From: Octopus vulgaris
Taxonomy: Eukaryota
Reading direction: 5' to 3'
Assembly (NCBI GenBank): GCA_951406725.2
Contig: OX597820.1
Span: forward strand, 60,326,001-60,390,000
Length of the DNA: 64,000 nt
The notes beneath the pieces were generated by a model. It searched no databases. It was given only the letters and a program-made list of their open reading frames with translations, and was not told where the DNA came from. How positions within the stretch are numbered: the stretch's first letter is position 1; each line of letters opens with the position of its first letter. Positions 1 to 13,800 of the stretch are shown one piece after another. Position numbers and translations under genes: made by a program.

Positions 1-17
1 GTATGTATGTATTTATT

Positions 18-1065
18 TATGTGCATGTGTGCGAACAGCCATGCTACATGGCAGAGAAACATGGGCTGTGACTGCTGAGGACATGCATAAGCTTGCAAGG
101 AATGAAGCCAGTATGCTCCGCAGGATGTGTAATGTCAGTGTGCATACACGACAGAGTGTAAGCACCCTGAGAGAAAAGTTGGATTTAAGAAGCATCAGAT
201 ATGGTGTGCAAGAGAGACGACTGCGCTGGTATGGTCATGTATTGTGAATGAATGAGGCCAGTTGTGTGAAAAAGTGTCACACCCTAGCAGTTGAGGGAAC
301 CTGTGGAAGAGGTAGACCCAGGAAAACCTGAGATGGAGTGGTGAAGCATGACCTTCAAACATTGGGCCTTACTGAGGCAATGACTAGTGACCGGGACCTT
401 TGGAGATATGCTGTGCTTGAGAAGACCCGACAAGCCAAGTGAGACCATAGCCCATGGCCTATGCCAGTGAGTGTAACCAGCCCATTTATAAATACCCCTC
501 ATTCATTGGACAATAAACCTTGCTTGTGAAGACCTATTGAGGCAAGTGAAATCAAAATCAAAATTGCTGACATGGGCTGAAGACAGTACCGCCTGATTGG
601 CACTTGTGCCAGTGAAATGTTAAAAGAAGCATATCCGAGTATGATTGTTGCCAGGGCCATGGATTGGCTCCCGTGCCGGTGACACGTGAAAAGCACCATT
701 TGAGCGTGATCATTGCCAGTGTTGCCTTACCAGCACATGTGCCGGTGGCACGTGAAGAAATACATTCGAGTGTAGTCATTGCCATTGCCGCCAGACTGGC
801 TCCCATGCAGGTAGCACGTAAAAACACCTTTTGAGTGCGGTCATTGCCAGAACCACCTGACTGGCCCTCGTGCTGATGGCACGTAAAAAGCACCCACTAC
901 ACTCTTGGAGTGGTTAGCGTTAGGAAGGGCAACCAGCCATAGAAACTTTGCCAGATCAAATTCAGCCTGGTGCAGCCTCTGGCTCACCAGTCCTCAGTCA
1001 AACCATCCAACCCATGCCAGCATGGAAAGCGGACATTAAACGATGATGATGATGATGATGACGAT
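18..1065 (+). mobile_element. RTE-clade LINE 3' fragment with repeat-containing 3' UTR and (GAT)n tail
   Basis: [12 protein letters not shown]...RRLRWYGHV...GRGRPRKT; UTR repeats GCCGGTGGCACGTAAAAAGCACC; ends (GAT)n. Confidence 0.9.
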
Positions 1066-1326
1066 GCATAAAAGTTGGCATTTACCATTCTCATTTGAGA
1101 TAATCTCAATGAAAAAATTGTGTTATTGTGATTACATTCCTGATGAATGTTATATTACATTACATAGCTCTGCATCTTCAAAGCTGTAAAATAAAAACTC
1201 CCTCACTTGTAAGATTGGAAAGGGAAGAACATCTGGCCATAAAAATACTACACTCAAATGAATACTTGCCCATCCTAAGCTAATATAGAGAAAAAAACAA
1301 ACCTATAATAACTGAATATATATGTA

Positions 1327-1367
<41 letters not shown>

Positions 1368-4122
1368 AGGTGGAATGGCCCAGTGGTTAGGGCAGTGGAC
1401 TCGCAGTTGTATGATCGTAGTTTCAATTCCCAGACCGGCCGTTGTGAGTGTTTATTGAGCAAAAACACCTAAAGTTCCATGAGGTTCCGGCAGGAGATAG
1501 TGGCGATCCTGGCTGTACTCTTTCGCCACAACTTTCTCTCACTCTTCCCTCCCGCATCTTGCAGTTCACCTGTGACAGACCGGCATCCCGTCCAAGTAGG
1601 GAACCTCTCCCACATTATCACTCTGTTTTTCCTATATATTCTTCCTATCACTCACCTTCATATTCTTCAACTTCCCTTCCTTATTCCCACTCTGTTGGTC
1701 AAGTAGCTTGAGCAAATGCAGACAACATAGGGTAGTGAGAATCTCAATAAAAGTGAGCGTACTACTTCTGATGCCATGATAATATACACTCAGCACAGTT
1801 TGTGAAATTGCTGATGAATAAGCAGAGACATCTAAGGACAGAAAGGTCCCTTTATTTTGTTTTGAGGACATGACAACCTAAACAGGCTGGCATCACAATA
1901 AAATGCACTGAACACACTCTGTAAAGTTGGCAATGAACAGAGACGTCATACAATCAGGAAGACTCTCTTGGCTGGTTTTGTTGAGGACACAGCAACCTGT
2001 CCAATCCATGCCAGCATGGAAAGCAAATGTAAATTTGATGATTATATTGATAATGTGATGATGATTTATAAAATACAAAACATTATTGCTTATGATTAGA
2101 AAAAAATACTAATTTTTACAAGATAGTCAATTGAAATAATCTTAGTGGATTAAAATGGATTATTTTTGTTGATTGAAAGTGATAAAACCAACGACAAGTG
2201 GATCAAACTATTGAAAAGTATTTGGTCCATCATCACATCCTTTCTGCCAATATGTGGAATCAGACTTCAAATATAAACCAAAAAGAGCATCTCCTAATAT
2301 TGCCAATCAGGAATACAGTAGAGCAAGATAGAAACAGTAAAAGTAATACTGCTTTATAAATATAATAATTTCTGTTATAAAAAGAAATTGTAAAGGAAAT
2401 AAACTAGCTCATTTGGTGAAGTCTGTCACAGAGATTTCTGTTTCAAGACAAAATTTAAATCCATTTAACTGTTAAAGAACCTTAGGTTTCTTGAATACGT
2501 TCTTAACCTTTTAGAAATGAAACCTACATTGAAGAAGACAAAGTCATTTTTTATGAGATACATAAAGAATTATTGTCTAACTTTAAAAAAATCTGAATAT
2601 TCAAAGACAAACAAAGAATATGTTCACTTGAAAAGACTAGCTCTTTTGCCATTTTAAGCAATAAGTAGTTAGAAAAAAACACCAGGAAAACTTCTCACTG
2701 TATCTTCTAGAAGAATCAGTACAAGATTTATTAACAGGAGTATAAGGGCTTCTCAGTTGTTCTTACAAGTGATTCAGCTATATTTAATCAAAATTTTCAG
2801 CTACAGATTATGAAGCAGTTATGGCATAACATTTTAATTCTTTAACAGTGGAATACTGCAGTCATTATTTTAATGTGATGTAAGGCGTTGAGCTGGCAGA
2901 AACGTTAGCACGCCGGGCGAAATGCTTAGCAGTATTTCATCTGTTGCTACCTTCTGAGTTCAAATTCCGCTGAGGTCGACTTTGCCTTTCATCCTTTCGG
3001 GGTCGATTAAATAAGTACCAGTTACACACTGGGGGGGTCGATATAATTGACTTAATCCCTTTGTCTGTCCCCTCTGTGTGTAGACCCTTCTGGGCAGTAA
3101 AGAAATAAGAATCGTTATCATGCCGGGCAAAATGCTTAGCGTTATTTCCTCTTTCATCACATTCTGAGTTCAAACGCCACCGGGGTTGACTTTGCCTTTC
3201 ATCCACTCGGGGTCGATAAATTAAGTACCAGATCCCCTCCCCCAAAATGCCAGGGCTTGTTCCTCTAGTACAAAGGATTATTTTAGTGTGATGTCTGAGT
3301 ACAAAAAAAACATATCTAAATGACAGAATTGTTAAATTCAAACTATAAGAATAATAATATTTCAGCAATTTTGAAGCAATTCTTTTTTAAAACATATCCC
3401 CAAGTATTCATAGAATTTCATTTTTTATAATGGAGTTAATTTATTTTATACCTGTTTTCCATGCTAACATGGGTCAGATGAATATATTATCGAAGCATTT
3501 GTTTTTCAATCATGCATTTTTCCTGTTGCTAACCCTTACCTATTTTCCAAATAAGGTTTTTTTTTTATTCGACACATTTTCGAAGGTGCCAAACCAGCAG
3601 ATGATTTGTTGACAAGGAATAAGCCTACATAATTATTTGAAGCTCAGTGATTTTTTAAGATGCCCAAAAGTAAACAAACACATTAGCACACACACACACA
3701 ACCTATGCCAGTATGGAAAATGGTCATTAAATGATGATAATGATGATATTAGAATCAATCAAATTGATAGTATTCTCTCAAAATGGCCTTGGTAAAGGGA
3801 AAGAAATAAAAAAAATATCTAAATTCAGTTATGAATATATTTGCATGGTGGTGTCTTTTTACTTGCTAGCTTCGGTTAGACAAATATAATATTGAAATAT
3901 TGTCTCACAGCTGGATGCCTTTCCTGATGATAACCTTTACTGATTTTGTGTAAGAAGTCTTTTATTTCACACATCCTCAATGGCATAAAACTAGTAGAGC
4001 ATTTGTAGATATGGGATATGATCAAAATATGACTGCTTGTAGCTCTGTAGTTTTCAGAGACGTGCAAATGTAAACAAACTGACATACAGACAAGTGCACT
4101 TATACCCACATGCACATGTATA

Positions 4123-4339
4123 TGATGAGGTACTGAAAAGTTCCTGGCTTTGGGTAAAAAAAAATACAGAAAGATCAGTTAACTATGATTTTATTCAACA
4201 TATTCCCCTCTCAGATTCACGTACTTATTGCAGTGGTCCTTCAGTTTTTCTAAGCCCTGTAAAAGAACTCAGAAGGTTAGGCTTCCAACCAGGCCTTTCA
4301 CGATACCCTTAAAGCCAGGAACTTTTCAGCACCCCTTTG
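4123..4339. mobile_element. Tc1/mariner-type MITE
   Basis: TIR GGTACTGAAAAGTTCCTGGCTTT / AAAGCCAGGAACTTTTCAGCACC. Confidence 0.7.
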
Positions 4340-4582
4340 TGTATATGATGGATTTCTCTCACTATTCATTTGCTAAATCCATTCACAGAGAGTCATTTTT
4401 TCAAGGTATCATGCAGTGGCATTAAACCCAAAACTACATGGTTGTAAAGCGAACTTCTCAATCATAGAGCCATGTGTATTTATGTATATGTTTTGTAAAT
4501 ACAACTAAAAAGGGAATGAAATAGGTTCAACTTTGCCACAGAAGAAATAACAATCAAGAAATGAAAATAACGAAACATTCAC

Positions 4583-4761
4583 CTAAAGAATTCTTTTTTG
4601 CCAGCACTTCCGGAGTCATTGGGTACCAATAATGCACCATCACCAATAACAAATTTATCAAAGTAGCTAATATCGTAGAAGTCAGACAGTTGAAAATGAT
4701 AATTCTCCGCATTTGTAGAGTTGATGTTTAAAACACTTTGTCGTACACCAAAAGCAAAGAG
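4583..4761 (-). CDS. BRCA2: BRCA2 exon, helical (DSS1/DNA-binding) domain; equivalent to human exon 16
   Basis: TTTACAG|...TTTAG|GTGAAT. Encodes [59 protein letters not shown](R), matching human [23 protein letters not shown]...[20 protein letters not shown], with the same boundary positions. Not in the supplied ORF track. Confidence 0.93.
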
Positions 4762-6128
4762 CTGTAAAGTAAGAAATTGAAAAGTTAGAAGTCAATGCAT
4801 TTTAGAGAAATTATACGTGTATGACTGAGTGGAATGTAATGCTTAGCAATAGATGATAACAAAGAATAAGGGAGAACTCAATAATGCATAAGAGTATATT
4901 GTATTTGATGGCATAAAAGACACACAGGCATATAAGACACATTCCAAATTAAGTGGTGCATATTCAGGAAATGCTTTTTGTGCATTGAAGCCTATGGAGA
5001 CCCAGCTTTGCATATAGGACTCTGAGTGAATTTTTCGGAAACAGTTTTTGAGAAAAAAAAAAGTACATCTTGTATGTTATAAAATACAGTATATGTTGCG
5101 ACAGAAGAAGATATGCAAGAGTTTCACTATGTTAAAGTTTCTATGAATTGAATTGCACAATCAGAGTAATCTTTCCAAATACATGAATCTTATGGTGAAT
5201 ACTACATGGTCATTATCTCTATACTGCTGCCTTGAATGATAACATTCCTTATCGTATACATAACATCATAATGTGTAGATGGTACTCCTTGGAATTTATG
5301 TTATAATTATCTCTGTTGAGCAGAGCAAGAACTATCTAAAGCTTTACTATATAATGGGTAGATATTCAGTCACACATTGTGATACTTTTGGCAAGTGTCT
5401 GCTATAGTAGACAGACATATTGTATATATGCATATCTATCTGTCTGCCTGCATCTCTCTCTCTATATATATATGAATGTGTAGATACATAGCCAGATGTA
5501 CACACACACACACATATGTATAGCTATCAAAGACTTGTGGTCTACAGGTACAGATGTGGCTGTGTAGTAAGAAGTTTACTTCCCAATCACATGATTTCAG
5601 GTTCAGTCTCAATGCACGGCTCTTTGGACAAGTGTCTTCTAGAATAGACACACACACACATGCACGCGTACACACACATGTATGCACACGCGCACTCATA
5701 CACACACACGCACTCGTGAAGTTTTGGTATCCAGAAGACCCAAAATGGCAGGTAATGCTATGTAAGTGCTAAGGAAGGACTGTAGTTAGACTCCTAATTT
5801 GATAATAGTATAAGTGAGGAGTCTAGTGTGGGTCATGAGTGAGCATGTATATGTTAAATAAAATGAGACAATAAAGCTAAGGCAGTGTGAAATTTCTAGG
5901 ACATCTATAAAGAGAAAGGTAGTCTTACAGTTGTTTCTGGGATATCCCTCCATCAGAGACGATATGAGAGAGTTAAATAGAGAGAACTCTACTATTTCCC
6001 TCTATTAACTCTCTCATGTAATCTCTGATGATATCCCTCATAACTCTGAAACAGCTGCAAGACTACCTTTCTCTTTATAAATGTCTTAGAAATTTCACAC
6101 TGCCTTGGCTTTGTTGTCTCATTTCATT

Positions 6129-6161
<33 letters not shown>

Positions 6162-8901
6162 TTCACTGATGTGGCTGATGACAGCACTGCCTGACTGGCA
6201 TCAGTGCTAGTGGAACATTAAGAACATCATCCAAGCAAGATTGTTGCCAGGGATGCTGACTGGTACATAAAAAGCACCATTAGAGTGTGATCGTTACCAG
6301 CATCACCTTACTGGCACTTGTGCTGGTGGCACATGAAAACCAACATTCAAGCAAGGTCGTTGCCAGTGCTGCTGGATTGGCTCCTGTGCAGGTGGCATGT
6401 AAAAAAACACCATTTGAGCATGGCCATTGCCAGTACCGTCTGACTGGCCCTCGTGCCAGTGGCACATAAAAGCACCCACTACACTCTCGGAGTGATCGGT
6501 GTTATGAAGAGCATCCCGCTGTAGAAACTCTGCCAGATCAGATTAGAGCCTGGTGCAACCATCTGGCTTGCCAGTCCTTAGTCAAACCGTCCAACCCATG
6601 CCAGCATGGAAAGCGGACGTTAAACAATGATGATGATGACACACACACACAAGCATATACCTATCTAGTTAATGTATACAACACAATATTTGTTATTATT
6701 TTAGATTCTCTGAATAAAAAAAAACTTTCTTTAGAATAAAATGAGCATTAAATGAAGAGCCAGCACTTCAACATATCAACAGAAGAGAATATGTTTATAA
6801 CTTAATGATAGAAAGATGTTGCATGAAAAGTATTATATGTTAAAGTTTTTAAGCTGACAAAAGAAAAATTATTTCAACTAACCTGCTGATGTGAATATTG
6901 AACAAAAGAAGTGTCTTTTAAGAAGTCCACAATCTTATGTTGTCTTTCCGATTGTTTTTGGGACATTAATAAACCAATGTTGGGTTGGATATTTTTCTGT
7001 TTTTTCTTTATTATTATAGCATCTTGTTCACATCGAGCCTTTTGAAAGCTAATTAAATTTTCAGATTTGGAAAATTCTGAATTCTTGTTTTCAACGTTGG
7101 AAGCTACAGTGGAAGACAAGAGAGATGGATCATTTTTTTCAGGATTTATATCACCACTATTAATATTCCAATGAATTTTGTGATCTTTTATAGGTAATTC
7201 CTTACTTTTATTTTTCTGATGACAAGGTTTACTAAGTCCAGTTTCTGAATTTTCTAGACTGTTTTGAGGGTAATTAGGATTTTGCTTTTCATGGTACAAA
7301 GAAGCTGGATTTGTTTTTCTCATTTCAGTACCTTCAAAACTTTTTGAGGCTAAACATTTTCTTGTTATTTCATTAATATTACATGGAATTACATTTTCAG
7401 GTTTCTTTTTTCCAGTTGTATTTGATGATAGATCTTGACAAGAAAATGATTTGGAAGATTTTATATAAGGCAATGTAACTTTGTCTGCAGCTGTATCACC
7501 AGAAACTTCCGAATATTCAATATCTGATGCATCACTTTTGTCAGAACTTAGTGTTGTACTCATGTCTGTTGGAAGTGATTTGAAATTACTACTGTTATTT
7601 GAACAAATGCTTTCTCTAGAAAATGATGTGCAAGCTGAAGGTTGACAACCTTTAAATATTGGTTTGTTCATTGATTCTTTATCTTTATTGTCCAAGATCG
7701 ATCTTGCTTTAATATGTCTTTTACTGTCTGGCAGTGAAATGCCTGTTTTACGATAAGGAGTTCTGAAGTCAGATATTTTTGTGTTCTGTGCTATGATAGC
7801 AGTAGATTTCACAGAATGGCTGAAAAGACAAGTGTAATTCATATATGATACTTTACAATAACTTTTTAGTAATTTAAGGTAATTTAAATAATTTTAATCA
7901 GGAAAAAATTCCATGTAGAGCTTTTCATAATTTTTAGCATGCTTAATAACTTAATTACTATTATTTTATTAGTAATGAAAGAAGCTTACAAAATCCATAC
8001 TTTGTGTTATTTGAAGTACAACCATAGAAAAATACCAAGGCATACCTGTTGCATGAAAACTGAATAGCAAAGAGGTAGCCAATGTATTTAACACATAAAG
8101 CACAATGGGCCACGATTGTGGCCATCAGGCACTGGTCGACAGACCACAATCATGGCCCAGATAGATGCATTTAATTTATGGGCATTTATTGGGGTCTACT
8201 GTCACTCAAACGCTCCAATACCCACCAGAATGCAAGAGGACTATTAGTTCAACTATTATATACTAAGAAGATATTTTAACTATTTTTTGTTTTTTCATGT
8301 GTGCATGGTAGTCTCATTTTCATAAAATGTGTTCAGCAGTCCATGCTATGTAAATGCAAATCCCAATGCTTTATGGGTTAATAGAATAATCCAAGAAATT
8401 TTAATAAATTAAAATAACACACCGGCTGACAAGAATAATCATTATCTGAATTACTAATTCTGGTAAAAAGGGTAGGGGTCATAAATTTTAATTAATGAAG
8501 GATCTAGGCATGGTTGTATGGTAAGAAGTTTGCTCTTGTTGGAGTGTTGGGTGGTAGTGGTGGTCAACTGAGGTCCATCAATTGTAGCAATCTTGTGTGC
8601 GAGGGTATATAGCTCAGTTATGTCTGTAGCCATGACAACTGTTGCACTATTTCCTGTGCCACACCTGAAAAATATTGTTGCTCAACCACTGCAGCTTGTA
8701 CTGCATCTGTATATAACTTCTGTCTGGCATCCTTTTCTGCAGGTTTGAGCTGGGATATAGATTTTTGCAGGTGTGGTTGTTTCTTTCATTGGGTGAGTAA
8801 TGGATTTTGCCCCAGCGCTGGGTGCGCAAAGTGGCAGTTTGTCTCACTCCCTCTATGCCAGCAGACACCTCTTTTGTGGAACTAGTGGACAGACTTTTGA
8901 C

Positions 8902-8974
<73 letters not shown>

Positions 8975-9830
8975 TATAGAAGGAGTTCTACAGGACTAGT
9001 ACTGTTTCATTCAAGAGAAATCTTCAGGAAGCTATTTAACAAGAATTGTATTAGCATTTATACATTTAGGCAGGTTTAAAGGAGTGGTGGTGGGGGACTT
9101 TTTTGGGGTAGGCATAGCGCAAAATATCATACTTGGGGGAGTGGTCAAGGAGTCAGTGGTAAGTTAGATGAAAGAATAGATAAATAAAAAAATAAATAAA
9201 AAAATAAAATAAAAAAATAAAAAAATATAAAATAAAAATTAGACAAAAAAATACATATATAAAAAATATATATATACATGTGTATATGTATGTATGTGTG
9301 TGTATGTGTGTATATATAGATATATATGTGTGTATATATGTTTGTGTATGTATATATATGTGTATGTATGTGTGTGTATATATATGTGTGTATGTGTATG
9401 TATGTATATGTATATATATATATATATATAGGTATGTATCTGTATGTAGGAGTATATGTGTGTGTGTGTATGTATATGTGTATATATATATATATGTATA
9501 TTTTTTGGTGTATATGTATAGACTAGCCTCCTAAAGTGTAGACACGAATCTGTAGGTACGAGTACGTATGTGTATATACGTGAACGTATGTAGATGTTTG
9601 TATGTATGAATATAACGCGTGCGTACGTGTATGTGTATGAGTGTACGAATGGGTGAATGTACGTGCTAATGAGTGTGCGTGCGGGAATGAGTACTTGCCT
9701 TCTAGTAGACAGACAAATGGACATGCTGCCATAGCCAGGATCCTTAGCTCTAGCGATCAAAGATAACAAAAGTAATAAATGAAGATAATAAAATTAAAAT
9801 TAGGGAATGGGCCTGTATTGGATTGTAATG

Positions 9831-9863
<33 letters not shown>

Positions 9864-9962
9864 GTGTATGTGTAGGTATGTACAGGTACACATGTGTATG
9901 TGTATGTGTATGTATGTGTGTATATGTATGTATGTGCACACATGTATATATATGTATGCGTG

Positions 9963-10006
<44 letters not shown>

Positions 10007-10283
10007 TATGTGTATGTGGGTGTATGTATATATAGGGAACTAGGTGTGTTGTGTGTGCATGAGTGTATGTGCGTATGAATATATATTTTTCTGTGTATAT
10101 ATGTATGTGTGGTCGTGGGTATATATATACATGTGTGTATGCATGCATGCATGGGAGTGAGTGTATGCATATATACGTGTGTGTATGTGTAGACAGGTAT
10201 ATGCATGTGCATGTGTATAAATTTGTATATGTGGGCGGGTGTATGTATGTGTGTATGTAGATATGTATGTATATGTGTATATA

Positions 10284-10326
<43 letters not shown>

Positions 10327-10806
10327 ATATATATGTGTGTAGATACGTATACATATGTGTATAGGTATAAGTGAGAATCTCCTTATTTACCTATAACTCT
10401 ATCCCCCCTTTTTTTATATATATATTTTTTTTTATATATATATTTTTTATATATATTTTTTATTTTTTATTTTTTTATTTTATTTTTTTTTTTTTTTTAT
10501 TTTTTTTATTTATTTTTTTATTTATCTATTCTTTCATCTAACTTACCACTGACTCCTTGACCACTCCCCCAAGTATGATATTTTGCGCTATGCCTACCCC
10601 CAAAAAAGTCCCCCACCACCACTCCTTTAAACCTGCCTAAATGTATAAATGCTAATACAATTCTTGTTAAATAGCTTCCTGAAGATTTCTCTTGAATGAA
10701 ACAGTACTAGTCCTGTAGAAGCTCCTTCTATATAATAAATTAATTTTACTCTGCTATGTATTGAGTACCTTACTTACTGTGGTTAACCCCGAATCAACCC
10801 GGGACC

Positions 10807-10895
<89 letters not shown>

Positions 10896-13800
10896 AAAAA
10901 TTCTACAAAATTTTTTTTTGCCACCCTATATTGATTAATTATGAATTTTCTGGTTGATTCCGTAATGGAATCGGCGGCTTATATTTATTTGCTGCCAATA
11001 AATTTGGCGCGAGTGCGATGATTTGAAAATTTTAGGTCAGATATTGCCGAGGCAGGGACAGAAATGCCTCGTGAAAATATCTGTTCCAATCTGGCTATTT
11101 CTTACTGACGAATCTAAGGGCCTATGGAAGATTGGCTTGATTTAATTTAATCAGGTTAGTTTACCATTAAACAGTAGATGAAACGGTGCATCGTATAAGA
11201 AATTACAGGGTAAATGTTTTTTAATTTTCTCCTGGTTTGCGGAATTAATGTTATTTTGCGGTTGAAGCTTTGGCTGTTATTTCTAGTGGGTGAATGGCCT
11301 ATTATGGCCGTTCCTTGATTGTGATGTTGAACTTATAAATGGTCTATGACTATTTAATTTTTTCCCACTAAACACACACTGGTGGCAAAAAAATTCTACA
11401 AAATTTTTTTTGCCACCCTATATTGATTAATTATATATATATATATATATATATACATACTCCTATACGCACATACATACACACAGACATACACACTCAC
11501 ACAAACATACACACACACATACTTACACACACACATGACAAACACCCATACACTCACACTCACATACGCACACACCAACATAAACACGCACACGCACACA
11601 CACACCTACACTCCCACACACATACACACGCACCTACATACACACACGCACGCATACACACATTACACACGTACACACACACCTACATACACATGCATAC
11701 ACACACACACACAAACATGCACGGACACACCCAGACATACATACACCTATATACACATGCCCACACACCTACATACACACACATATACACACGCCCACAC
11801 ACCTACATACACACACATACATACACACACATACACGGACACACCCATACATACTTACATACATACACACACACGCCTACACACCTACATACACACACAT
11901 GCATACACACACACACATGTACGCACATACACACACATATACGCACATACATATATACCCACACATACGCACATGCATGCATGCACACGCGCACACCTAC
12001 ACGCATACACACACACACACGCACGTACACATACATACATACACACACACATACATACACCCATACACATACATGCATCCTACACACACATACATACACA
12101 CTCACACATACATACACACACACACACTCACTCACACCCCTGTATGTACGCGCACACACATGCACATACACACACTTCCACACACCCACACGTACATACA
12201 TACACACTCATACACATACACACACACACACACGGACATACATCTATGCACACACATATATACACACATACTCACATACATTTCATCGGACACACTGACA
12301 CCCAGACATACACACAGACACTCACACATCCACACACATACACACTTACGCGCATACTCGCAGGCGCGCGCATACACGCGCTTGCGCCGGTTCGCGCACG
12401 CATACGCGCCGCATGCACCTCGCTCTTGGACCCGACGAGACCTCCCGCCCGTTCCTGGGACCGTCGCTTGTCGTTGGGTTTTCCCACGCCCGTCTCCGCG
12501 GGACCACTCTTCCATCTTCCCCTCAGCTGGAGATCTTTTCCTTAACCCCCCCTTTTTTGTTACACACGCGCGCACACATATACACACATTGCTTAAATAT
12601 ATACATTACTCTTACACACATTCAATCTACTCGCCATTAATACTACCACGACACTGGACACACACACACACTACTACTCAACACACGCTGGCACGCTACA
12701 TACGCCCCCACCCCTTCCCCTCCCTCCCTTCCTCCTTCCTTCTTTTTCTTACTACTGACCAGTGTCTGCTATGCCTACCACTGTCTCGCCCTACCTCACA
12801 CGCCTACACACAGACGCACACACTAACACATACATATATTTTTTGTTTTTTATCTCGCCTCACACACACACATACACACACACACGCACACGCTCACACA
12901 TACACACACATCTGTTGCGTTACCAACCTTGTCTCCACTCTTTTGCCTTTAAAAACCTACTTTGCTCTTGTTATCGTAAACTTCCGCCTTTCACCATGTG
13001 TAACTCGTAAACACCAGTCGTTTTTTTCTCTATCCCTGTTGCCCGCTTTGGGATCTTTCTTTCCTCTCTCTTCCTTCTTTATGTTTCCGACGAAGAGCTC
13101 CGCTCGAAACGTCATACCCTCCTGCTTCCATTTCCTGAGCGCCTATTAATAATAATACTGTAATTGTTCCATTGTTGTTGTTTTTTCGTTTTCCCGTTTG
13201 GATTAAAATTATATATATATATATATACACACACATACATACATGTGGAGGTGCATGGCTAAGTGGTTAGGGTGTGGTTTCGATTCTTGGATCGGGCAAT
13301 GCGTTGTGTTCTTGAGCAAAACACTTCATTTTCACGTTGCTCCAGTCCACTCAGCTGGCAAAAATGAGACATCCTGCAACGGACCGGCGTTCCGTTCAGG
13401 TGGGGAATTTCTACGCCACTAAAAACTGGGAAACTGGCCTTTATTGAGCCTGGCAGGGCTTGAGAAGGAACATTGTGGAGGTATGTGGCTTAGTCTTTAG
13501 GGTGTCAGGATCATGATCCTAAGATTGTGGTTTTGATTCCTGGTCTGGGCGATGCGTTGTGTTCGTAAGCAAAACACTTCATTTCACATTGCTCCAGTCC
13601 ACTCAGCTGGCAAAAATGAGTAATGCTGCGATGGACTGGCGTCCCGCTCAGCTGGGGAACATATAGGCCATTGAAACCGGGCCCATGAGCCTGGCTAGGC
13701 TTTAAAAGGGCGCATTTATTATTGCAGAGGCACGTGGCTTAGTGGTTCGGGTGTCAGCACCATGATCGTAAGATTGTGGTTTCGATTCCTGGACTGGGCA

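Noticed and set aside
1365-1440. tRNA-like sequences (also 13246, 33397 and others)
   Set aside because: SINE heads with A/B boxes but no complete cloverleaf, followed by SINE bodies.
8590-8890. 73-aa minus-strand ORF
   Set aside because: Only vague resemblance to a LINE C-terminus; no supportable call.
11038-11083. Hairpin upstream of the HHR considered as a SECIS
   Set aside because: No AUGA/GA quartet and no associated ORF.
9239-13149. Long His/Thr/Tyr- or Val/Cys-rich ORFs (up to 416 aa)
   Set aside because: Translation artefacts of stop-poor (CA)n/(TA)n microsatellites.
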